Below, piece after piece: positions 1 to 36,811 of a stretch of 64,000 nt of DNA (within the stretch, counting starts at the first letter, position 1; every line of letters begins with the position of its first letter). Below the pieces are notes generated by a model. The model was not told where the DNA came from. It worked only from the letters and a program-made list of their open reading frames with translations, and searched no databases. The translations under genes were made by a program, and so were the position numbers. The stretch lies in contig NC_058368.1 of assembly GCF_018350175.1 (NCBI RefSeq), positions 104,844,001 through 104,908,000 of the forward strand, read 5' to 3'. This stretch comes from Felis catus. Lineage: Eukaryota.

Positions 1-801
1 TGGCCTTACCTCAATTACCAGAAGTCAACATCAGCCAAACCTTGCGGCGAATCATACATCTTGCTAGTAGTCTCACAGCCAGCGCCGTGGGGGAAATAGA
101 ATTGCAGAGTTAAAAATGGAGGCCGTTGACATTGGTTAATGGGATTTTTAAGAGAGGAGGGGATCCGTAAGATTTTACGAAATCTTTTGGTAAATGTAAT
201 CAAGAAAAGAATATATGGCTCTAAGACACATTATCCTTACTTTTAGATGACTTTTTTCTTTTTTCAGCGAAAGCTCTATGCATTTGTCTTGCGTTTAAAT
301 CCAAGTAATGTCTTGAGGAGAACCTAATTATGTAGCATTTTGCTTGCTCACTTCTCAATCACAGTCATTAATCTGGACCACGTTGAGGAGGAACAATCTT
401 TTAATTCAGACTATAGATCTGTTTATTGCCAGTAATGACTCTTAAAGAAAAAAGGATCAAGACATGGCTTGAGAGTATTTATGTGGCCTTATTAGATTTT
501 AGAATTTTATTTCCTTTCATTTATTTGTTCAACAAAAATTCCTCAAGCCTCTGTTGTGTGCCAGGCCCCAGGTTAATTGGGACCATAAGTGAGAAAATAA
601 AGAGGACAGAGACAGTTGCCTGCCCTCCAGCAATTCAGTTTAATGGTTTCTTTTCATTATTAAGGACTACCCTTCTTCCTTTGGTGCTTGTTTTAGACTT
701 GGAAAATCCTCAGTATCGTTAAACAAAAAAAATTTTTTTGCCCCAAACTTCAACTAGATCCTGATGTGGAATTTGAGAGGAATACGTCTCAGGAAAGATA
801 A

Positions 802-24053
<23,252 letters not shown>

Positions 24054-25544
24054 CACCAAAGATCCGCCTGGTAGCCACTGGAAGTTTCCAGAACTGCAGT
24101 TGGTTCTCCTCTATCCTCGAGTTTGCCACCTTATGGGAATGTTCATCTCCCTGGTAGGCAACTGTTGGACGTGAACCAGAAAGCTCAAAGCTGAGGCTGG
24201 CTGATCGTAGGTCCTTCTTGTACTGGTGGCCTGGAAGGAGATATCAGTGTGACTTCCTATTCTTCTTAGTTTTAGAACTGCGCTCGTGAAGCATGACTTC
24301 CTATAAGATCTTGGCTAAAAGCATGAACTTGTAGAAGTCCTTGGGAGGGAGTTGTGGGCTGCAGTGACATTGGTGTTTGGTTGAACCTTAAAATCTAAGT
24401 ATTTTCTTTCTCATTTGCATTGCAGACCTGTACCTAGGATTGTGCAGTTATCATAAAATCTGGTGTGAATCACTAAACATGTAGAAGAAAAGGGGAGTAT
24501 TATCGAGTCCTTACATTTTTTTTTTTTGCACCTGGATTTAGAATTATAGGGATAATATGAACCCAGGAAGAAAAGTTCTGTCGAGTGGCATACTGGATAG
24601 ACTTTGAATAAACTCTAGAACTGGTTAGCAAATTTAAATATGAAAACTTTAGACTTTTTTAGGATGAAGAAATAAAAAATTAGAATTATTTTAGCCATAG
24701 TAGCATTATTTCAGAAATCACTGTCCAGATGTGGCAGGCAGAGGTTAATCTTCTTTGACCCTTGGCCCACTTTAGATCTGTGACATCATTCTGATCCCTG
24801 TCCCCATCATACACATTCACCATGTAAGGTCCATGACATATCAATAATTATTTCATAAATACAGAAAATAGATTGTTTTATTTTTGACAGACGGGATTGA
24901 ACGAGTGTATAATGATTGGGAAAGGGTGTAAATTTTAAGTGTAAGAAGACGTTTTGGTTTTGTAAACCATTAGCGACACATGCTGTAATATAGAATTAGC
25001 AGAAAGTTTTGATTAATTTTTCCCTAGACGTGACCGAAATATTTTTGTGCATATTTGAGAAAAGGGCACTTTCCTTTTATTAATTGTCGATTTACAGAAA
25101 CTATGCTTAAGCTGGTCTTTTGCATTGCTAATATGACATGTACCCCGTTTTTCATTAATTTGTATTTCCATTTTTAAGTTGTATAGTCTACGTTTTGTAG
25201 TGCTTGGATTGTTAATGAAAAAAAATTATGTTATATGTTCTCTGTTTCTTGTATTATTGCCACTTACCTTTTTGCCTGACAAAAATGCATTGTTCTTTCT
25301 TTCCTTTTGGAGGGAGGAGATGAGAATATATAAAATCAAATCTATTAAAATTGGTCATTACTAAAATAGTAAAGTAACCATAGGCGAATGGCTCATGCTT
25401 GAAATAGAGAAACTTGTTACTATTTCAAAATGGAGCTCCTTTTGATTTGTGTGTTCTGAGTCTTGGTTAAAGCAGGGAGAAGGGGAGCGAGGAACCATTG
25501 GTTATTGAGCACGTACTACAGGCTGTTCTTACGAAGACCTTCAT

Positions 25545-25675
25545 TAGGGTGATCACATAATTGATCATCCAAACTGGGACACTTTTGAGTGTAAATGAGG
25601 GCATTGTTAATAATTAACCTGCAATGGGCCTAAATCTGGACCGTCCCAGGTAACCCAGAATGGATGCTCATCCTG
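25545..25675. mobile_element. MER94-like hAT-Blackjack MITE inside the inferred 3' UTR
   Basis: tagggtgatcacataattgatcatccaaactgggacacttttgagtg..., ~130 bp, with a degenerate inverted end. Confidence 0.7.
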
Positions 25676-27977
25676 TGCATACCTATCAGGCAATAATATT
25701 TTTCGCTTCAAAGCAGTTGTCTCAAGAGAATGCCAATAGAATGGAAGAAAGCTGGTTTCTCTTTGACCTACCTGAGCAAGGAGAAGGGCTAAAAAGCTGC
25801 ATGAGGAAGCGACTTCATGAGAAAGAACGATTGGTTGTGAATCTTTAAAGGCATGAAACCCTCTGTGGTATCCTGTCTCGGTGAGTCACTTAACCTATGT
25901 GTATTGTGTATCCATTCTGCCAGCAGCATACGTGAGACACTGTCCCTGCCAGTTATTGAGTTGCCACTTATCTGCAGGGATTTCACGTGACACACCAGCA
26001 CCTGTGATGGCGACTTGGTCAGGGAGGTGATAGAACACACACCTGCAGCGTTCACTCCTTTGATGGCTTGGCTGCTTCTTACAGAGAACCCCAAAGTTAA
26101 CTCAAGGAAACACAGAATTACCCGGAGCACACCTTAGAAACAATTGATTTTTTCCAACAGTTAGCCTTAGGCTGACCCTTGGACAGTAGGGAGTAGGCGT
26201 CAAATTGAGACACTTGTGGCCTTTTTTGGTTAAGAAAAGAACCTTTTCCCCCTTCTTTTTAAAGCAGCATCTCTTCAGTGCTCCGCGATACATTGAGTTT
26301 CCCCGTTATTCCTTAGAGATAGTTGAACAAAAACAACTTTCTTTTTCTCATTCCACTACATAAACAAAAAAACAAAAACCAAAAAGACAACCCTGAAATC
26401 TTCGCATACAAAGGCAACAGCATCTCCAGCAGAAAGCCTGGGCAGCAGATGCCGACTCCAACGGGGCTCTGCCGTCCGTCCCTGTGTGTTCTTTCTGGCA
26501 ACTCAGTTGCTCAGGGTTGCTGCTGTCCTGACACTGCATTTGCATCAGAGGTGAGTCTTACTCACCAGGGTTCGCTCAAGATATTTCAAATAACAGAACA
26601 CATACAGCGTTTTGGAAATGGTAAAACAACATGTTGTATTTGAGAGGTCTGGTTAAGAAGTCAAAACTTCCTCGATATTTTATATTGATTTGGGTAAAGA
26701 GAGAAATACTTCTGTCAGAATGAAATTTAAAAGACAAAAGGACCCAACACGTTTTTATTTTCCCTGAAATGACCACCTTTGGACTCTTCCAGAGATATCA
26801 AATGTAAGTTAATGTGATGTCATTCATCACACGCAGTGAATCTGTTCTCATGACCTTTGAATTCATTCATTTGGGACCATAAAATTAATTTCTTCTCTAC
26901 ATCCTACAGTGGTCAGAGCAGGGCATGAGTTTGGCAATACAAAGGAAAAGCCGTTCACATGGGAATGTCAGCCAAACTATTCTTTCCCTAGAGGTTGATG
27001 TAACAGAAAATTTATGAACTATTTGTATTTTGTATAAATACATCAAAATTGGCCCGATTAATAGCTTACGTACTTGCATCAATATGGAGAATATGTTATT
27101 TATAGGTAATTATATGATAAGGAATATTTCATAATTATTTACAATACTTGATATAAATTCCTCTCACATGCTATAGCAGTTATGCTAAGAAAGAACTTAA
27201 TGTGTTTAGCATTTTCTCTATGGTAAATTACATTCACCAAGTTTAGGAAAAACAATATGGAATTTTATAAGATAGTTATAACCTCCCAGCCAATTCCATT
27301 AGCACAACCAACGTGTTTTGAGAGAAACGCAAACAACTTTAGGAAAATGTGGACATCCAAAGAGCCACAGCAGTACTTGACATTTATTGGGGATTTTTAA
27401 TCCACGTATATTGAAAAAGTTGTACAAAAGGATTACCCTACTCTTTAGAATTCGTGTCATTATTAGAAGTCCGGTTACCACTTAAAATAAGATAAAGTCC
27501 TAAAAAAATTACATTTTAAGGTCACGTTTTCTTTCAAATAACAAATTTTCTATCTTTGGGTAATGTCTTTGTTATTTGAACCAAGTATTTAATAGATACT
27601 TTGGTCTTAAAGGCTTTATGTCACGGAAGTGTATATAGATGTGCAAGTGTGAGTCCCGTGGTGTGGATGAGTGCTTATTTCTTGACTAAAGATGTACAGC
27701 AAACTGCCCTTTTAGGGTCTTCCTACTAGTGGTGACCTAACATTGGGTCTGCTTGTTTTCATTCCGTATTTAGTCCAGGCTTCCTTTTGATATGAACAAA
27801 TCGCAACATATATTTTTAAGGAAAAAAAATCCAAATACATAAGAATTTTCTTGATTGTAGCAAACAAAAAAAATGCTTTCAGTGTGAAAATATCTCTATT
27901 TTCCAAAGATGGTTAACTTTGGTCAGTATTCGCCTCCGTTGTCATTTATATCACCAAATGAGTTTATAGATTAATGC

Positions 27978-27996
27978 AATAAACTTTCTAATTAAA
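27978..27996 (+). terminator. Likely distal polyadenylation signals (AATAAA 27978-27983, ATTAAA 27991-27996)
   Basis: Two hexamers followed by T/GT-rich sequence; a further AATAAA lies at 28047-28052. Confidence 0.6.
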
Positions 27997-28539
27997 AAAA
28001 ACTTTAGCGTTTATTTCTATGTCTGATTCTATTGTTAATTAATGAGAATAAAAGAACCTATGATCTTACTGGAAAAATTAATATTTTTTTCACGTGTGAC
28101 ACCATAGCCCTTGATAGAGACATGTAAAAACAATTGCACTTCATTATATTTAACTGCTCATGTATCTGCTTCCCCTTCAGATCACTCGTTCTTTAAGGGC
28201 AGAGGCACCATTCTGTACATATTTGGATTCCCAGAACCCAGGTTAGTGGCTGAAAGTCAGGTATCTGTAAATAGCTTTAGGTTATCTTATGTGAAGTTGT
28301 TTCTTAAATCTCAGGAGCTTGTTAATTCCTTCTTTTATAATTAAAACATTTTTGGAGTATCCGCTTTATAGCACTTTGTTCTAGGGATCAAATATGAATA
28401 AAACATTGCTCCTTCTCTCACTTGCTGTTTATTTACTGAGGTCCTGAGTGCCAAGCACAGTTGGGGAGGCAGAAAACAATGATACATGAGCTATTTTAAA
28501 GTAGCTCATTATTTAATCAGGCAAATGAATCATCTTACT

Positions 28540-28720
28540 AGGCGCGTGACTTTGGTAAGTTACTTAACTTCTCAGGGCCTTGGTTCCTATATTATAATAT
28601 GTTGGAAATCAAAGTACCTATTTCATAGGGGTTTTGTGAGAAGTTAATAACTTCGTGCGTACACAACACTTCAGTGCCTGACATATAGTAGGCAGCTGGT
28701 AAATGTTAGCTATCATTACT
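28540..28720. mobile_element. MIR remnant
   Basis: gtgactttggtaagttacttaacttctcagggccttggttcct MIR core. Confidence 0.65.
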
Positions 28721-29599
28721 ATTATGAAAAATTAGCTAATAACCTGAGCCATTTTGCAATAACCACATGAATGATGAGGCTGGTAAATCAGGAGTGAGCA
28801 TTTAATGAATATTATAAAAGCTACATATTTGTGTGACCTTATCCTGATCTATTTTTGTACTATCACAAAATTCCATATGTATTTTATTACTAGAGTGGTA
28901 ATTTAGGAGAGCAAGAATCGTATGATTTCATCTCCCAGCGCCTAAGAATAGAGGAGGCTTTGAAAATGTGTGGATGTGGGTTTCTGGAAAGATGGTAACC
29001 TGGCTTCACATTTCTATCCTGGAGAATCCAGCCATTAAGAAAAAGTCAGGGACTGTTTTTGGCAACCTGAAGAGGTTCCACACAGTGAGATACCAAGTTC
29101 TTGAAAGAAGGTGCAAATGGCAGGGCAGGGGGCGTGGGAGGCAACATGTAAATGGGAGTTGCTGGAATTGATGGGAGTGGACTGTAGGGGAGGGGGTGTG
29201 AGAGGAGGGCCAGCTGACCTGGGGGAAGGAAAGACATTCTCTGCTGTTTGTGTGACGCAGCCGTGAGAAAGGCTAACTGTCCCTTCCCTGATGGCATCTC
29301 TGGAGGCAAGGTTTGCATGTTGGGCTAAGGTCAGCCTATCCCTACTTGGACTTGTGACCTGAGATGCCTTCACAAAGGGCATCACTGGCAGCCCACTGAA
29401 GGAAAAATCCCTACCCTGGCTGTCAGTACACAAACAAGAACCAGAGAGATGCAGAGATGTTGAAAGCCAACACGCTCTCACGTGAAGAGACAGAGAAACA
29501 AGGCAACCACGTGATGGGAACATTGCAGCTCAGACTGATGGGAAGAGGCTGACATGGAAAACCACAGTAAACCTCTGTTATGGAGGTGGAGCTAATGTG

Positions 29600-30150
29600 A
29601 AAAATGGAGGAAAACCTGGATAAATAGGAGTTAAACTCTTACAAAGGATATAATTAGAGGACCATAGAGAGTTTCCTGGAACTGAAAACAGTGATGTCCC
29701 AATTTAAAACTTCAATAGAGCAATTAAAAAAAAAAAGAGGTCAGTAACTGCTAAAGCCGAATTCATGTTTCAGAGAATGAAATGCAACCAAGTGAAAATT
29801 CCAGAAATGGTAATCATGGGTAAGCAAAACAGGAAAACTCAAGCAGGAGACCCAATATTGAAACAGTTGCTAATACAGATGGGGAACAGAGGCGCCCTGG
29901 AGAAATAGTAATCAAAGAGACAATCAAAGAAAACTTCCATAACCTATATCCGTTCATAATGTGAATCTTTCAGACCTTTAGATCTTTCAGTTGTGAAAGG
30001 ACCTACCTGGCTGATGAAACAGAATTAATGAAAAATACGTATATATGGGGCGGAGAGAAATCCTGGTGACATTCCCGGACTCTGAGGCTAGAAGAACAAA
30101 CTCATAATGGCACAAGCAGAAATAGCAGATGGCTCATAAGGGCAAGATAA
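29600..30150 (+). mobile_element. Very old L1 (L1ME-like) ORF1-region remnant
   Basis: A-rich degenerate sequence with L1 ORF1-like phrases (atcaaagaaaacttcc, ctggtgacattcc). Confidence 0.4.
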
Positions 30151-31220
30151 TAAGGCTGGATAGATAAAGTGTCTGGTGGGAGCAGGAATGGGGAGGGGGC
30201 CAAGGTGGGAAAGGGCAGGGAAAGGGTTATATAGCTGCCCGCTGTTCTCCCACCGCGGCATCAACTGCCCATCTTCCCAAGGACAGCGTGGCTACTGCCC
30301 AGCAGATTGTTAAATAGCCCACTTTCCATTCTGCTCGAGACCTCTGACCCGACTAGCATGGACCACAAGAGACAGGGCAACGGGAAGAGGAAAAGGAGCT
30401 TGTGTGATGGACTGGCACAAGATATGCTAGACATATCAAAGCACCAGTTTATCATCCTTCACTGAATTTATCAAAGAATCATCAGAAGTGTGTTCAGGAA
30501 GAAAATTGGAAGTCTTGCATGGCTGTTGGCTTATGGAGGGCTGTTCTTCCTCCTACGTTGTTGGCCTGGATTTCTTCAATGACGATAAAGCAATAGAAAA
30601 ATCCACATATGCCACAAAGTGGCCAGGCTGCCATGGTATTTTTGATTATTAGCATAGGATTAAGACACTTATGGAACAAGCCATCTTGAAATACCTAAGA
30701 GCAGATTTCTTGTAACCTCTACTAAATACAACACAAAACAGAGACTAGATCGCTCAACATTTGAGCCTTTTTATTTCAGATCCATCTTGGACATCGGGAC
30801 AGGAAGGAGAACAGGTAGGAACAGTGTCTTCTCTGAAGTGCCAGCCATGATCAGGGACTCGAGACATAGCTTCCCAAGTGTTTAGAATAGAGCTTTAGAT
30901 GCCATACTGAAATGAAGGTAAAGAATTTAGTGATTGTAGGCAAAAGCCAAAGCATATTGACACAGTAGTCATTACATATCACAGGCGGGTTTGGAACCTT
31001 CATGCCTGAGTTCTACCAAGCATGACCCACCACGGAGGATACGAAGAAAGCACAGAGAGTATTTGCCATCACGTTCCGATGATTGGAGTCATGCTGTAAA
31101 ATTGATTTTATAGTTAATGGGAAAGAGATCCTCTTTCTTATTACCTACCTCATATAGATGACTGGTAAGCCTGGCTTGGCAGTAATATAATATTTTTATA
31201 TGATACAATAAGTTAGTCAA

Positions 31221-31444
31221 GGGGCGCCTGGGTGGCGCAGTCGGTTAAGCGTCCGACTTCAGCCAGGTCACGATCTCGCGTCCGTGAGTTCGAGCCCTGC
31301 GTCAGGCTCTGGGCTGATGGCTCAGAGCCTGGAGCCTGTTTCCGATTCTGTGTCTCCCTCTCTCTCTGCCCCTCCCCCGTTCATGCTCTGTCTCTCTCTG
31401 TCCCAGAAATAAAATAAAAATGTTGAAAAAAAAATTAAAAAAAA
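31221..31444 (+). mobile_element. Young felid Can-SINE
   Basis: CpG-intact body; perfect TSD aataagttagtcaa (31207-31220 / 31445-31458). Confidence 0.95.
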
Positions 31445-33243
31445 AATAAGTTAGTCAAAATATCAAAGCCAAAATGCTGAATTATTTTGCCTCAGATTAA
31501 ATATCTAAATCCTGTGTGTAACATGCAAGAAGAGGGTTTTAGTTCTTTCTGGGCCCCTCATATTTTGCATATGAACTACTTTATCATCCTTTTTATCCCA
31601 AATTGGATGGAATTTAATAATTTAAGACAATGATGTTAAGTTGTACACATCTACATGTGTAAGAACTTTTTATTTTGCACCCTTTTGATAGCTTGAGAAA
31701 AAAATTAAAAGAATAACTTTTTAAAGAAAAAAAGTAAAGCTTTTTAAAAATCCCTGTGGCTTGCTTACATATTCATGGGATTCTAGTTATTATTATCTTT
31801 AATAATTTACTATTATCCCCCAAAACATTGCAGCAATTTTTATAACAATTGCTCTTGGAATAAAGAAGCTAGCATAGACTATTCTGCTTCAATGTATTTA
31901 TCTATAATATCTGTTAACTCTTGAGCAGGTGGTAGAAAATGAGGTCAATATCAAACGGAGGTTGTGTTAGTTGATATGCAATTATTCTTAGCCAGAGGGA
32001 GCTAGAATAGTTGGAATCGAATTTATAGTCTTCATCAGGAATGGGGAAAGCTCTAATGTTGGCTGTTGCTCAATCATTACTTCTTGAGAAAGGTGTTTCT
32101 TAGCCACTTGTGTGGGGGAAAAAAAACCATCACCCTGTATCCTATTACCCTGGCTAATTGCCTTCATGGAGGCTTGGTCTCTGAAGTTAAATACTATTTG
32201 ATCTCTTTGTTTATTCTTTCATTGTCTGACTTTTCAGCTAGAATGTACGCTGCACGAGGGCAAGGTCTTTTCTGAATGGTTCACTGCTGTATTACAAGAA
32301 CACTAATGTCTGACTCATGATATGGGTACAATAGAGATCGATAGATGGAATGAATGAATAATGGCTCCTGCTTACTTTGGCACTGCGGGTTTGGCTTTGC
32401 TCTTCCTTGTCATTCTTCTCAGGTGGCTTGGAGATGTTGCTCCTGTCGTCCCATCCTACGATTGCAGTCGTTCACGCTGACAGCTGCAAGTTCAGGAAGC
32501 TGGTAATCTGAAGGGATGTAGGACAAGACCGTGACTAGCTAGCAAAATATTTTCTTACTTTATTTCAAAGCTCAAGTCAGGTCTTGGATATTTTTACCCA
32601 CAAAGCTTAGACTACCAGCTACAGTGATGTTGGATGCTGAGAGCATTTCTGTTGTGTTTATGAATAGATGTTACAGGAGAGTGGATTTTAACTAAACATG
32701 TGATGATTGACATCTCTCACGTTTTGCTTCTATTGAGCCGTGTTTTACAGCCATGTTATACTGTTGGCTGGTCTCTGGTGTCCTCTCCAGGTCCCACCAT
32801 CTTCTTCCCTGCACTTTCCTGTGTTCTGTCTCTCTGTCCCTGTCCCTACCTCCACAAAATCTGCCCTAAGGCCATGGTTCTGACAGGCTGCTCTCTCACA
32901 GGGACTGAGTGCAGGAGGGCAACCCAAAGAAAGCTTTTTCTGCCTGTGAAATGAGGGATTCCTTTGACAGTCCGTTTTGGCTCAAAGAATCCCCACTGGC
33001 CAGACTTAAACTTTCTTAGAATTCTGCTTGCATTGTAGACTATTCCTTCACTCTCTCCTTCACAGGACCAGACTTGACTCAGGCTAAAGAGAATATATGA
33101 CCCAGGGGTTTCCACATAAAACTTTGCCTTGTGAAATTTGCTCTGTGGAAACATCTGTATGGTCTGCTTTATGGGAGCACTCTGATACTCTTATTTAAAA
33201 TTCATGGCTCCCTTCTCTCTTTGGTCTCAGCCTGGTGACCCCA

Positions 33244-33660
33244 GCAGTATGCTCTCTGAAACCAGCTCTCTGAGAAAATTAAAAGGCATTGATTTGTAGC
33301 ATTTTTCCATTTCCATGGTATAAACACTCCCACCGTGGCCAATTTGAAAGTACCAATATGGTGTCACAGGATGTGGAGTTAAGAAGACATGCTCATTATC
33401 ATACAATTGCATAGTATTTCCACAATACAAGCATGATAGATGTAAATGACCTCAAGATCATTCCTCATAGTAGAAGGTAGTAAAATAATGAAAATTGCTG
33501 AGTTTTGAGTATTGTTACCTGTAAAAATATAAAGTATTGAATTGTAGGTTTATATACTTCGTTTTAATAATGGCTGGGTTTAACAGCTGGCTCACAGAAT
33601 TCCTGAAAATTTAATAACTGGCTCTCACATGCCGGTACGAACCGCTTCAGCACATCATTA
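33244..33660. mobile_element. MER63-like hAT-Blackjack element
   Basis: gatttgtagcatttttccatttccatggtataaacactcccaccgtggccaattt...ctggctcacagaattcctgaaaatttaa resembles recalled MER63. Confidence 0.7.
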
Positions 33661-35792
33661 CCACAACCCTCATTTCCCATTGTCCAAGTAAGGAGTCCAC
33701 AAACCCAAGTCAAAACCCTGACGCTGGTGCATACAATGTATGGGCTGGAAGGGAGGAGCTCAGAGCACATTATTCTGACCCATTTTCATTTCACATCTGG
33801 AAAAACTGAAGTCCAGAAAGTTTATACATTCAATAAGCACTGTTTACTGAAAATGCCATAAGCCAGACTTCTTCGAATGCACATATTTCTCTTCAGTGTT
33901 CATTTTATCAGAAGAAAAAAAAAACAATAGGAACTGGATTCTCTCTTTCTTGGGAGATTTTTAGACTAATTATTCAGCCATGAAGGAGTCCCCATCTTAG
34001 GTTTTCTGGGAAGCACTGAATTGGAAGGTGACCTTACTCAAGAGTCCTAGGCTCCATATAACATACGAACTCATAGCATGAGATCTATTTATGAATTGCC
34101 ACTTTGGGAAAAGGCACTGAGGTACAAAGCTATTCATCACCATTGTTTATACCCATACACAGACAGACTTCTTTACCCCTGTAGATGGGTAGTGGAACCC
34201 ACATGAGACTTTTGGACTCACAGCCAACTAACAGAGACCAGGAGAAATGGATGACCATGTTCTAGAACTGGATTGACTCTTTTCTTCATATTGCACTCGT
34301 TTTCAAAAGATTCACTTTAGTAATTCTCACTAAATCTCTAGGCACTGATACATAGCAGTGGCCTTTATGCTTGAATTGCGGCTGCAAATTAAATTTTAAA
34401 AATGTCCCGAATATTTTATGTGCACTGCAGGTAGATTTTATTTCTGGCAGAAAACAAACCAGAGTTGAGTCGCTTGACAAAGATGATTTTAAAACAGCAG
34501 GATGAAAGGCAGGGGTTTTTTGTGCTTGCCTGAGATGTTGAGCTCCAGGAGAATGTATTATTTAAAGAGTGGAGGAAAAAAAGGGGGGAAGCCTTGGAAA
34601 AAAAGATGCAGAGGCTCAAAATATTGCTATTTTCCCTCATAGAGAAAAGTAGAAGGTGATTGGCAGTGAATCCCGTTAAGCCTGCATTGAGGAACCATGT
34701 GGCCAAATTAATTACTAGAAAATGCCTTTTTGGTTATTAAGAGTGCCCTTTCCCTTAGTAAAGCATCTGATTCTTTGATGAGCTCAGCACCTAACATGTA
34801 TAAAATGGTTTCCAGTAAATGATTTTGACTGAATGAACAAACATAAGAGCATTATGTACTTCATTAAAGGCTTTAGACACTTTTAAAGCAAAAGTCAGTC
34901 TTAAATATCACACATAATACAAAGTCACGGTGCTATTAAACAAAAGCTCAATGCCTCAGCACAATGTACTAAAACATTGTCATGTTGCTTTACATATTAC
35001 ATGACACAAGACGATACATAATACAATACAATTCCTTTTTGACTGCTACTGGTTCTATAGAGAGTCTGACTTAACCCAAGGCAGCTAGTTTTCAAATAAT
35101 CTTGATTACTTCAAGGAAAACGTTAGCTTGGGTGTTTACATCCCGAATTATTCATTTTTTTCCTCAAAACTAGACTCACCACTTTATAGTCAGAGCTCTT
35201 AGATTGTTAGAATTGGGCTCAGAGGCTAAGAGAAAACAAGTTCTCCAGGAAAACCTTGGAGGAATCTGGGGAAACCACCAATGGCCTCGAGAGGTGGTGA
35301 GGGCACAGCCCTTTATCCAATGACAGAACTGGCTGGTGACTTCAGCTCTTACGGGTGTGATCAACCCGCACCCAAATCCTCTGGTCGTGGTGGATTTCTT
35401 CCTGATATTTTGACTCACAGCTGTTCACGGCATCTTGTTACTTAAAGCACGCGGAAGTGGAGAGATTTGCTTGTGCACGGCCCTTGCTTTGTTGATCGGG
35501 GAAGAAGGTCTGTCACTTTCCTAAATACAACATGAAGGTGTTGATCTGATTTTTGTCTGTCTGCTGGTCTGCGGGGTCACCTCACCCTTCCTTGAAGGCC
35601 CCCACTTTGCCCACATCACTCCCCCTACAGACCACACCATGTCTTCTGAGTAATATAGCTCTATGATGCAAGGAAGACCTTGCTATTATTTTTAAGGAAT
35701 TCTGATCTCAGTTTTATGGTTAGTCCCAGTTATTATTTGTCTCCAGACTTGCATAGTTTACCTTCTCTCTTTATACCACGCTATCTTAAGAT

Positions 35793-36014
35793 TTTTTTTT
35801 AAATTTTTTAAAAATGTTTATTCATTTTTGAGAGATGGAGAAACACAGAGCATGAGTGGGGGGAGGGGGCAGAGAGCAAGACACAGAATCCAAAGCAGGC
35901 TCCAGGCTCTGAGCTGTCAGCACAGAGCCCGCCGTGGGCCTTGAACCCACGAACCACAACATCACGACCTGAACTGATGTCAGACACTTAAGCAATGAGC
36001 CACCCAGGCGCCCC
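35793..36014 (-). mobile_element. Can-SINE
   Basis: SINE body; TSD atacca(cg/ta)ctatctt. Confidence 0.9.
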
Positions 36015-36811
36015 ATACCATACTATCTTCATTGCTTATTTTTGCAGTGCTGTGGAAGTGATTATTCTTATGACTACAAATTCTGTCTAGGATCAAGAGG
36101 AACATACATACTCTAAGTCAATATCATGTGAGAATGATAGAAACAAGAGGGAATATGGAGTTGGCAGGATGGGTGACAAATTTCCAGGTTTGATGCCTTG
36201 TGTGATCGTGGTCAAGGTAATTCGTTTCACTTGACTCTGGTTTATTCACACCAAAAGAAAACATACTGCTACTGTTCTTCCTCATAGAATTGGCAGAACA
36301 TGTGATGTGTAATATTTGAAAACTCCAAATATTGGAAAATAATATAAAACAGCTTTAAGAGTTACTGAAATAGTTGGTGGAAACTCACATTTACCAAAAT
36401 TATCATTGTAGAAGGATTAAGAAGGAAGAGATCTATAGGTGCAATTTTCCACAATTAGCAGAATGACATAAAGCACATCGCTGGGCTGACTGGTCATTCC
36501 ATAGATTCTTACAGGATGGTGTCATGGATGTAACCATGAAGAGGAAAAATCAGTATTTCAAATCCTGATTTAAACTGCTCAGCCGAAGAACCTTCTGGGC
36601 TGTTTAAATCCCTTTACCTTCTCCCATATGAGTAACATCTGGGGTTTCCAGCAGATGACCACGTTAAAGAAATAATGACAGGGGGAAAAAATGTCCACGT
36701 GATAATCTCTGGAAAAGCCCTAACCTTTTTGGAATAATGTTGCTATAAAAATGGCAAGTACTTTTTTAATATAGGCATCATCTCCTGTAAGTCAAATACT
36801 CCTTTTTAAAT

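Larger units (their letters stand above)
24054..28010 (+). other. MEGF10: Probable MEGF10 3' UTR (~4 kb)
   Basis: AT-rich, SINE-free stretch after the stop, ending at clustered poly(A) signals followed by T-rich sequence. The 3' end is inferred. Confidence 0.65.

Noticed and set aside
29035..29523. 162-aa minus-strand ORF
   Set aside because: No recognisable domain or splice pattern; adjacent to degraded repeat-like sequence.
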